DNA of 32,000 nt from Thermoproteus tenax Kra 1 (GTDB lineage: Archaea; Thermoproteota; Thermoprotei; Thermoproteales; Thermoproteaceae): NCBI RefSeq assembly GCF_000253055.1, contig NC_016070.1, forward strand, positions 630,001 to 662,000, written 5' to 3'. Below are positions 18,106 through 27,685 of this stretch, one piece after another (the first letter of the stretch is position 1; every line of letters begins with the position of its first letter). The position numbers were made by a program, and so were the translations under genes. The notes beneath the pieces are model-generated. The model saw only the letters and a list, made by a program, of their open reading frames with translations, was not told the DNA's origin and did not search any database.

Positions 18106-18832
18106 GAAAGAATAAATAAGCGAGAATTGGCAAAACAAACATAAACGAGAGATAGAACAAGAGAGATGTCTCATATCTCGATCCTAGATCGTACGAGGTA
18201 ATAACCGATAGAGTTCCGCAGGATAATACTAACAAAATAAATTTTAATGCATAGTTAATATTATAATTTCCAATAATTTGATAAAAGCTGGGATATATTA
18301 AAATAGGAAATAATCCAATTATTATATGAGTTATTTTTATCCTCCTCCTCGATATTAAGTATATTGAAATCAATATTCCAATAAATGATATCATTGAAAC
18401 CAATACAATTTCAATAATATTTTCAAAGATATTTGTATATATTACTCCTAATAAAGTTAACTTTGAATTGAGTATAGACGCGGCCCACAGCAGCGGCAGA
18501 AGCGCTGATAATAGGTCGGCATAAGGCGAAAAAAGCATGGGAACCACTATCGGCCTTAGACCTAGGACCTCCAAGATTGAGAGGCTCCTCAGAGGCCCTA
18601 TTGATGACAATAGAGAGGCCACCTTGGCGCCTTGATCCGTCAGCTCTACCAGATTGCCGTCTCTCCTAATGAGCCCCAAGGTCTCCAGCGCCGATATGTC
18701 CATGAGCAACGCCGAGGGTGAGACGCCGAGGATGTCTCTTAACTTGTTTAAACTAGTCACGCCTTTTTTATATAAAGTTAGCAAGATCCTCCGCCGCTCG
18801 CCATAGGCTACCTTGTATATTATATCTTCCAC
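18092..18832 (-). CDS. winged-helix transcriptional regulator with C-terminal multi-TM domain
   Basis: ERRRILLTLYKKGVTSLNKLRDILGVSPSALLMDISALETLGLIRRDGNLVELTDQG, then at least four hydrophobic helices. Confidence 0.7.
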   Translation of the reverse strand: MEDIIYKVAYGERRRILLTLYKKGVTSLNKLRDILGVSPSALLMDISALETLGLIRRDGNLVELTDQGAKVASLLSSIGPLRSLSILEVLGLRPIVVPMLFSPYADLLSALLPLLWAASILNSKLTLLGVIYTNIFENIIEIVLVSMISFIGILISIYLISRRRIKITHIIIGLFPILIYPSFYQIIGNYNINYALKFILLVLSCGTLSVITSYDLGSRYETSLLFYLSFMFVLPILAYLFFHVYI

Positions 18833-18901
18833 ACTGGCCTAAAAGCACATAGATTTTAAGGGCTCACGGCGAGGAAAGGAACTGGAGGGCTGGAGTAATA
18901 T

Positions 18902-18909
18902 TTAAAAAG
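18902..18909 (+). promoter_or_regulatory. probable TATA box for alba
   Basis: TTTAAAAA within gtaatatttaaaaagcg, about 21-28 nt upstream of the alba ATG; fits a leaderless archaeal transcript. Confidence 0.5.
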
Positions 18910-18929
18910 CGTTAGAAGCATGGCGGTTT

Positions 18930-19211
18930 ATGGCGACAACAGAACAGACAATACTGGTGGGCAAAAAACCCACAACGAACTACATAATCGCAACAGTGAT
19001 GGCGTTCAACGCAGGTACCAAGAGGGTGATACTGAAGGCCAGAGGCGCCGCAATCTCGAAGGCGGTTGCTGCCGCAGTGATGGTGCGCGACAGATTCCTC
19101 CCGGGCAAGGTCAACATTAAAGAGATAAAGGCGCTAAGCGACAAAGTCCAAGGCCAAGGCGGAAGGGAGCGCACGGTCGCCGCCGTTGAGGTAGTTCTCG
19201 AAATGGCGTAA
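18930..19211 (+). CDS. alba: Alba chromatin protein
   Basis: TILVGKKPTTNYIIATVMAFNAGTKRVILKARGAAISKAVAAAVMVRDRFLPGKVNIKEIKA...VAAVEVVLEMA. Confidence 0.95.
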   Translation: MATTEQTILVGKKPTTNYIIATVMAFNAGTKRVILKARGAAISKAVAAAVMVRDRFLPGKVNIKEIKALSDKVQGQGGRERTVAAVEVVLEMA

Positions 19212-19217
19212 TTTTTT
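19209..19217 (+). terminator. poly-T tract right after the alba stop codon
   Basis: taattttttgcc immediately 3' of alba; archaeal T-tract terminator pattern. Confidence 0.4.
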
Positions 19218-19301
19218 GCCTAGGAGTTCTGGCGGGCCGTTGCATCTCGGCGCCCGCCGCTTGCTCTTGTGTTTTAGAAAAGTTTATTATGTCGGTCTCT
19301 C

Positions 19302-21548
<2,247 letters not shown>

Positions 21549-21585
21549 CGGCATCAGGAGCGGAGTCTCCGCTACTGAGGGAGCT

Positions 21586-21819
21586 TTGAGGGCTGGGCAT
21601 TTCGTTGTAAGGCTATTTTTAAACCCAAACGCGCATATTACTGTGGACGTGTTCTCAATGATAGAGGAGGAGGTCCGGAGACTGTTCGAGGGATCCGACG
21701 CAGACATACTCTTGTCCCTGATAGCGACCTACAGATCTAAAGGCGCGAGGGGGGTCCATGAGAGACTGAAAGAGATATTATCACAGTGGGGGATCGATGT
21801 GGAGGATCTTAAGGATTAA
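21586..21819 (+). CDS. arcadin-3-like small protein; start uncertain
   Basis: Short ORF between the arcadin-2-like and Rad50-like genes; TTG 21586 is the track start, ATG 21658 (MIEEEVRRLFEG) is possible. Assigned by position. Confidence 0.55.
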   Translation: MRAGHFVVRLFLNPNAHITVDVFSMIEEEVRRLFEGSDADILLSLIATYRSKGARGVHERLKEILSQWGIDVEDLKD

Positions 21820-24181
21820 ACTGAAGAATTTCAAAGTATATGAAGGAGAGTACGACATACCACTGTCTCAGACCACAGTGGTCGTAGGCAGAGTGGGCGC
21901 CGGCAAGTCGTCTCTGTTGCAAGCGATCGAGTTCGCTCTATTCGGCAGAGAGCTTGAGGTGAGGCAGAGAATAGCAAAGTTGGCCGATCTAGTCAACTTG
22001 AGCTCCGACGAGTCGGTGGTTGAGCTGTCGCTTTCAGATCAACACGAGGCATCTATAAGACGCGTTTTAAACAAGAGAGGGCGGACTAGGCTGGAGGTAG
22101 TGATAGGCGGTCGTAAATATTATGACAATAGCGCCGAAGTTAAACTAAGAGAGATAACCGGTATCTCGGACGAGGACTACGACAGAGTAGTATACATATC
22201 CCACTATGCTCTGGAGGACTTCATACACGGCGATAGGCCGAGGAGAAACCTCCTCATCGACAGAATACTCCAGGTCGATGTGCTCGATAACGTCCAAAGG
22301 GCCTTGGGCAACCAAATGAAAAATATCTTAGAAAAAATGGAACAAATAAGATTAAAATTATCATTATATGAAAAATATAGAGATATTATTGAAAAATATG
22401 GAAGTATCAGTAAAATGAAAGAAATTAGAATGCGTCTCGAGAAAGAGCTAGACGGCCTAAGTGAGCAAGAAAACGAGCTTTCTAAAAAGTATAGAAATCT
22501 AATTGAAGAAAGAGAAAAATATCTAAATAAAATAATTAATATACAAGATAAATTAAATCAATATTATATGGCTAAGTCTGAGCTAGAGATCTTGGAGGGG
22601 GCGGGCCAAGCGGATCTAATAGGCGAGTACTCGCTATTGGAGGACTTGAAGGACAAGTTTCTAGGAGTTCTCTCGGAGTTCGAGCACGTTATAGGCGCCG
22701 ATATGATAGAGCAGATCCATAGAGAGAGCGAGCCGGCGAGGCTCGTAGATCTGTTGTCAAAGGCCTATGATGCCCTTGAGGAGGCTCTGAAAAAAATAGA
22801 GGAGGAGGTCGAGTCTCTGAAGAGGCAGAAAGACGGCGTGGAGGCCAGGCTGAGAGAGCTGGAGCGAGATATATCTAGAGTGCAGGGCGCGCTATCACAG
22901 CTGGAGGCTTCATACAAGCGCTTTAAAGAGTTGGAGGCGGCACATGGATCTATTTCTAATATAAAAAATATTTATAATGAAGTAAAGAGTAAATATACTA
23001 TATTAGAGAGAAATTTCCATTTTATTTCATCTATAAAATTTATACTTTCATATATAAATGAGACAGGCCTCGAGGAGTGCCCCATCTGCGGCTCCAAGCT
23101 GGATAGGAGGGCGGTGGTCGAGAGGCTCCGCCAGATAGAGCACAACTTCTCGGAACAGTTGAAGGAGCTAGATCTCCTAAGGTCTCGACTTGAGGAGCTC
23201 AAATCGGTCTACGAGGAGATGGAGGCGCTCTCTAGATCTGTTGCTGAGTACCTGAGGGCAAGCGAGGAGCTTAAGTCTCTGCTTTCTGAGAAGGAAAAAC
23301 TGGAGAATAGAAAGGCGCAGATAGATAGGGCCTTGGGGCAGATTATGCGAAGGCGCTCCCTCCTCGCCGGCTTTTTAAATGAGGTGAGGCGCGAGACTCT
23401 AGATGAGGCGATCAGGAGATATAACCGGGCGTTGAGAGTCAAACAGCTCAGAGAGAGAGTGGAGACCTTGGAGAGAGAATTGAAGAACTTAGGGGTGGGG
23501 CCAACGACTCTGGAAACCGAGGAGGAGTTCAGAAGGGTGGCTGAGGCGCTCTCCAGAATAAGAAGAAGGAGGAGCGACATCGTCGAAGAACTAAGAAAAG
23601 TGGACGAAGTATTGAACAGCGTGGGAGAGGACTACGATGGGCTTAGGGAGAGGCTCGAAAAGTATTCTTATGTCTACGATAGATTAAATAATATAATAAA
23701 TAAAATAGATATTTTAAAGTATAATATTAGATTAAAAATAATAAATTTATTACGAGATGAACTATTAAAAAGTTTTAAGGAGTTATATCCGTATGAGGAC
23801 ATTGTCTCCATAGAGCTGAGGTCTGAAGAAAGGGGATATGAGATATACTGCAAGTTGGCCGACGGCAACACCGTGGGTCTCGCTAGATTGAGCGACGGCC
23901 AGAGACTGGCCGTTGCGCTATCTCTGGTGATCTCGATGCGCAAGCTGTTGGGTTTGGGGCTCGGCTTCCTTTTGCTAGACGATCCGTTGCCCTACGTTGA
24001 TCCTAAGATAAGGTCGTCTCTGGCGAAGTTAATAGCTAAGCTCTCCAGGGAGTTCCAGGTCATTGTGACTACCCAGACTGAGGAGCTCGCAAACGAAATA
24101 TCGGCAAATGGAGTGGATGTCAGTCTGATTAAGCTCACCAGAGGTACGACGAAGCCTGAAGTTAAAATAGAAAAAATATAA
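21797..24181 (+). CDS. arcadin-4-like Rad50/SMC-family ATPase
   Basis: Walker A VVVGRVGAGKSSLLQAIEFALFG, long coiled coils around a CPICGSKLDRR hook, signature-like RLSDGQRLAVALSL, Walker B GFLLLDDPLPYVD; last gene of the crenactin cluster. Confidence 0.88.
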   Translation: MWRILRIKLKNFKVYEGEYDIPLSQTTVVVGRVGAGKSSLLQAIEFALFGRELEVRQRIAKLADLVNLSSDESVVELSLSDQHEASIRRVLNKRGRTRLEVVIGGRKYYDNSAEVKLREITGISDEDYDRVVYISHYALEDFIHGDRPRRNLLIDRILQVDVLDNVQRALGNQMKNILEKMEQIRLKLSLYEKYRDIIEKYGSISKMKEIRMRLEKELDGLSEQENELSKKYRNLIEEREKYLNKIINIQDKLNQYYMAKSELEILEGAGQADLIGEYSLLEDLKDKFLGVLSEFEHVIGADMIEQIHRESEPARLVDLLSKAYDALEEALKKIEEEVESLKRQKDGVEARLRELERDISRVQGALSQLEASYKRFKELEAAHGSISNIKNIYNEVKSKYTILERNFHFISSIKFILSYINETGLEECPICGSKLDRRAVVERLRQIEHNFSEQLKELDLLRSRLEELKSVYEEMEALSRSVAEYLRASEELKSLLSEKEKLENRKAQIDRALGQIMRRRSLLAGFLNEVRRETLDEAIRRYNRALRVKQLRERVETLERELKNLGVGPTTLETEEEFRRVAEALSRIRRRRSDIVEELRKVDEVLNSVGEDYDGLRERLEKYSYVYDRLNNIINKIDILKYNIRLKIINLLRDELLKSFKELYPYEDIVSIELRSEERGYEIYCKLADGNTVGLARLSDGQRLAVALSLVISMRKLLGLGLGFLLLDDPLPYVDPKIRSSLAKLIAKLSREFQVIVTTQTEELANEISANGVDVSLIKLTRGTTKPEVKIEKI

Positions 24182-24301
24182 TTTTTATAAAAGCGCATTT
24201 ATTATATTAATTAATTTTAGTGCTAACTATTTAAATTATATATAAAATATTTTTATATATGTCTATAATTCATCGCTTCAATAGATATATATTCGCATAC
24301 A

Positions 24302-24958
24302 ATGCTCCTACTGATGCAGGCCGAGTGTGGAGTTTTCGTGGTGCCGGATCTGGGCGAGATCGGCGTATTTAGAGGGGAGTACTACGCTGTAGCTAGAGTA
24401 GAGCCTTATGGCCTAACATTTAATGATCAAGGAAAAACAGTAATATTATATGATCTTGTTAATTTATATGAAAATTTAATAAATTTTATATCAAAAGAAC
24501 TAAATAACTGTAAAAATATTACTTTCGAAATAGACGCCAAAGAGGTCAAACTTGATTCTCCCTCCTCCCTCTTCATGCATTTCGACTACACTACCCTCCT
24601 CTATATACTAGCCCTGCGCTCGCGTCCATCCTTGATTCACGTGGTGGGAGGGAGAGGAGTACAACGGGGAGTTGTGCACGGCGAGGGCAAAATAATGGCG
24701 AGGGCCAGCATTATACCGCCTCGCTATGTGTCCAAAAGACCTCCGCCGTTCTTACTACCCCACTCTATAGAGAGGACGGACATAATAGCCCACAGAATAT
24801 CTGGCGAACGCTATAAGACGGAGATAAAGATACGCGCAAAGGGCGCCTCTATCGTCAAAATAAGAGTGTTGGAGACGGAGAGCTTGTATAAAAATATAGT
24901 GGGAGGCCTCGTGTCCTACGCCCAGAATCTGAACTGGGTAGAGTACGTCTATCTGTAG
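24302..24958 (+). CDS. hypothetical protein, 218 aa, downstream of the crenactin cluster
   Basis: Intact ORF; AT-rich intergenic region upstream; no motif recognised. Confidence 0.55.
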   Translation: MLLLMQAECGVFVVPDLGEIGVFRGEYYAVARVEPYGLTFNDQGKTVILYDLVNLYENLINFISKELNNCKNITFEIDAKEVKLDSPSSLFMHFDYTTLLYILALRSRPSLIHVVGGRGVQRGVVHGEGKIMARASIIPPRYVSKRPPPFLLPHSIERTDIIAHRISGERYKTEIKIRAKGASIVKIRVLETESLYKNIVGGLVSYAQNLNWVEYVYL

Positions 24959-24960
24959 GC

Positions 24961-25052
24961 GGCCTACAATAGTCCCCCTTTGCGGTGCCCGGCCTCCCCG
25001 GGAGGGCTCAGGGCCCGCCCGAGACCGCCTTTCGGCAACCTCGGGCGAGGGG
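24961..25052 (-). ncRNA. candidate structured ncRNA of unknown family
   Basis: Intergenic, very GC-rich. Minus strand folds CUCGCCCGAGGUUGCC-GAAA-GGCGGUCUCGGGCGGG (25014-25049), 16 bp with a GNRA tetraloop and four G.U pairs that would be A/C mismatches on the plus strand. A second hairpin (CCUCC/GGAGG) and a possible closing stem (CCCCU/AGGGG) are present. Confidence 0.5.
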
Positions 25053-25091
25053 CCTAGAAAAAGGCACGAGGGCATACTTCAGAGGCCCTTG

Positions 25092-25152
25092 AGGTCAGAG
25101 CTCCAGACCGTCGTCATAATCTCGGAGGGCTCACCATATCGCTCATCACCTG
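25092..25152 (-). ncRNA. candidate C/D-box sRNA
   Basis: Minus strand: AGG-UGAUGA (C) ... CCGA (D'-like) ... UGACGA (C'-like) - 12 nt - CUGA (D) - CCU; short AGG/CCU terminal stem; TATA candidate TTTTTAA (25177..25171) at suitable spacing. Confidence 0.35.
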
Positions 25153-25170
25153 TTCTTGTTATGTAGGAGG

Positions 25171-25177
25171 TTAAAAA
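25171..25177 (-). promoter_or_regulatory. TATA-like element upstream of the ncRNA candidates
   Basis: Minus strand CGCGTTTTTAACCTCC, about 25 nt upstream of the C-box element. Confidence 0.35.
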
Positions 25178-25199
25178 CGCGTCTAAGCACAGCGGTGAG

Positions 25200-25916
25200 C
25201 TACGCCTTAGCTCTCTCCCACAGATAGTTGAAATAAGTCTTGGCCACCTCCAGTAGATACTTCTCGTTGCTGTGGACTCCCAAAAGTCCATCCCTATGCT
25301 TGACTACGAGCAACGCGGAATTTCCCAACACGCCGCCTCCGAACATATCGTCCAGAGCTCTCACTTCGACTCTGGGGGGCAGATCCATGAACTGGGCGAT
25401 CCTCTTGGTTGCCAACACCTTTATCTCGATCCTTTTAGACTCCTCCACTATGGTCTCTACTATACCGGGGGATGCCAGCTCGGGGTACGGAACAGCTAAG
25501 TAGACGGCGACTTCACTGGACCTTATGATCTCTTGCACCAACTCGAATATCTTGTCCCCTCTTATCAATGCGATGAAGGTCGTAGAAGCTGCCCCATGCT
25601 TTGCCTCATAGAGCGTCTGAAGCACGTCCATGAATTCCTTCACGGACTTGAGCAACGCGGAGGTAAGAGATACCAAGCTCCGATACAGCTCGGCCGGCGG
25701 CCTCGCAGAAAACTTGGCCGGCCTTCCCTCCAGCTTCTCCACGAACCCGAGCTTAGATAGGGCTTGTAGCCTCTCATAGACCTTGGTGTAGGGGACTCCG
25801 GCCTTCTCCGCTATCTCTCTGGCCGTGAGGGGGCCTTGCTCGACCAACAGTGCGTATATGGACAAGTCCTTTTCATCGAGCCCCAAGGCCCGCAGGAGAT
25901 GTGCGATCTGATTCAC
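25200..25916 (-). CDS. TrmB-family transcriptional regulator
   Basis: MNQIAHLLRALGLDEKDLSIYALLVEQGPLTAREIAEKAGVPYTKVYERLQALSKLGFVEKLEGRPAKFSARPPAEL: TrmB wHTH signature. Confidence 0.88.
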   Translation of the reverse strand: MNQIAHLLRALGLDEKDLSIYALLVEQGPLTAREIAEKAGVPYTKVYERLQALSKLGFVEKLEGRPAKFSARPPAELYRSLVSLTSALLKSVKEFMDVLQTLYEAKHGAASTTFIALIRGDKIFELVQEIIRSSEVAVYLAVPYPELASPGIVETIVEESKRIEIKVLATKRIAQFMDLPPRVEVRALDDMFGGGVLGNSALLVVKHRDGLLGVHSNEKYLLEVAKTYFNYLWERAKA

Positions 25917-25934
25917 GATTTTAACGAACTTTGG

Positions 25935-25949
25935 TTAAAAAATTTTTAA
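25935..25949. promoter_or_regulatory. AT palindrome / probable TATA and operator region between trmB-like and radical SAM genes
   Basis: TTAAAAAATTTTTAA palindrome (central A) 21 nt upstream of ATG 25970; an overlapping TTAAC-N8-GTTAA inverted repeat lies at 25921-25938. Confidence 0.4.
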
Positions 25950-25969
25950 GGTGATACCACCGACACGGC

Positions 25970-27685
25970 ATGAGCAAACAGGTGCTGGAGCTCGCTAAGC
26001 CGACGCGCCTAGTCGACCTAAGTAGGTTTAACCTACCCCAAAGGTATAAGTCCACTCTGTTAAACGAGTCTTGGCAAAACACCGTCAAGAGGCAGTTCGC
26101 ACTCCCTGAGCACGTGAGGGTCGTCAAGACCTCGCTGTCTGTGTGTCCAGTATGCAACAGGCGTATACCGATGGTCGTGTACGAGGAAAATGGAGCCATA
26201 TGGCTGAAGAAGGTCTGTCCTGAACATGGACCTTTCGAGGACTTGTACTGGGGCGATGCTGAGATGTACTACTACTTCCTACAGTGGGATACACCAGAGT
26301 ATATAGCCAAAGGTCTGGCCAATCCGTACACCGATCTTCAGTTCTATCAGGAGGCCGGCTCATGCCCCATGGGTTGCGGGCTGTGCCCCGTGCATAAGTC
26401 CGACACAGTCCTCGCGATAATCGATGTGACCAACAGGTGCAACATGGCTTGTCCCGTATGCTTCGCCAACGCTGGAGCCGCCGGATACGTCTACGAGCCG
26501 ACGCTGGAGCAGATCGAGTATATGTTAAGAACTCTAAGGGCCCAGAGGCCATGGCCGCCGAATGCGCTACAGCTCAGCGGAGGCGAGCCAACGCTTAGAG
26601 ACGATCTGCCTGAAATAGTCAGAATGGCCAAGAAGCTGGGCTTTACGCACATCGAGGTCAACACAAACGGCATAAGGCTCGCCAACGAGCCTGACTACTA
26701 CAGGGCGCTTCTCGACGCCGGTCTCTCCACGCTGTATCTGCAGTTTGATACAATAGATGAGAACAACGAAGGAGTCGTCAGACACAGACTCTATAACCCT
26801 AAGGCCTACGCTGCAGTCAAACGCAAAGTCATTGAGAACGCCAGGATGCTCGGCCATAGATCCATCGTGCCCGTCGTGACGTTGGCGAAGGGCTATAACG
26901 ATAGGGACCTCGGCAAGATCATAGACTTCGCGATACAGAATAGAGACGTCATACGGTGGGTCAATATACAGCCCGTGTCCTTCGCCGGTAGGGCCAGGTT
27001 GTACAGCAAAGAGGAGCTCAGGAAGCTAAGGATCACGATACCGGACACCTTGATCGAGATAGAGAGACAGACCAATGGGCTTATAAGCAGATGGGATTGG
27101 AGGCCCACGAACTGGCCCGTGGCCGTGGCCAAGATGGTGGAGGCCCTCACTGATGCACCGAAGCCTCTATTCTCTATGAATCCTGTCTGCGGCGCTGCGA
27201 CTTTCGTTTACTACGATGAAGATGAAAAGAGACTCTACCCTATAACTAAACTAGTCGATGTAGACTCGTTCGAGAGGATAGCTTGGGACGTCTACAGAAC
27301 CGCTAAACGCGGCAGAACTGTATGGAAGGCTATAGCGGCGACCAAGGCAATGAAGCTGCTACGCACTGTTAAACATAGGAAGATACGGGGGCTTATACAA
27401 GACTTTCTGGTGAAGAAGGACTACGAGAGCTTAGGTCAATTCTTCTTCAACATAGTCGGCCTCGGCATAATGCACTTTATGGACGTAATGAACTTCGACG
27501 TCGAGAGAATACAGAGGTGCGACATACACTACGCAACGCCTGACGGCCGCGTGATACCCTTCTGTACTTACAACAACTTCCACAGAGAGAGAGTAGAGCA
27601 GTCCTTCAGGATAGATCCGAAGATGTGGACTAAGATAACGGGGGTCTCGCTCACAGGCTGGAAGAGGGGGGCCCGCGTCCTTTAA
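25970..27685 (+). CDS. radical SAM protein of the MJ0619/tetraether lipid synthase (Tes)-like family
   Basis: N-terminal CPVCNRRIP, central CPMGCGLCPVH immediately before radical SAM motif CNMACPVC, LSGGEPTLRDDLPEI; C-terminal CDIHYATPDGRVIPFCTYNNFHRE. Confidence 0.8.
   Translation: MSKQVLELAKPTRLVDLSRFNLPQRYKSTLLNESWQNTVKRQFALPEHVRVVKTSLSVCPVCNRRIPMVVYEENGAIWLKKVCPEHGPFEDLYWGDAEMYYYFLQWDTPEYIAKGLANPYTDLQFYQEAGSCPMGCGLCPVHKSDTVLAIIDVTNRCNMACPVCFANAGAAGYVYEPTLEQIEYMLRTLRAQRPWPPNALQLSGGEPTLRDDLPEIVRMAKKLGFTHIEVNTNGIRLANEPDYYRALLDAGLSTLYLQFDTIDENNEGVVRHRLYNPKAYAAVKRKVIENARMLGHRSIVPVVTLAKGYNDRDLGKIIDFAIQNRDVIRWVNIQPVSFAGRARLYSKEELRKLRITIPDTLIEIERQTNGLISRWDWRPTNWPVAVAKMVEALTDAPKPLFSMNPVCGAATFVYYDEDEKRLYPITKLVDVDSFERIAWDVYRTAKRGRTVWKAIAATKAMKLLRTVKHRKIRGLIQDFLVKKDYESLGQFFFNIVGLGIMHFMDVMNFDVERIQRCDIHYATPDGRVIPFCTYNNFHRERVEQSFRIDPKMWTKITGVSLTGWKRGARVL

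Noticed and set aside
18920-19120. 66-aa ORF overlapping alba in another frame
   Set aside because: alba is unambiguous in its own frame; this ORF is an Asn/Gly/Arg-rich out-of-frame reading.
24182-24301. AT-rich intergenic DNA as a replication origin
   Set aside because: No origin recognition box repeats and no cdc6/orc gene nearby; AT content alone is insufficient.
24961-25052. GC-rich segment as tRNA, 5S rRNA or SRP RNA
   Set aside because: No T-loop GGTTCRAATCC, no 5S start, and no SRP helix 8 GNAR/GGAG motif found; assignment to a known family not supportable by eye.
25079-25291. 70-aa minus-strand ORF over the end of the TrmB gene and the ncRNA region
   Set aside because: Different frame from TrmB, no motif, and overlaps the structured-RNA candidate.
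26124-26857. Minus-strand ORFs within the radical SAM gene
   Set aside because: Arg/Pro/Ser-rich antisense translations of a well-supported gene.
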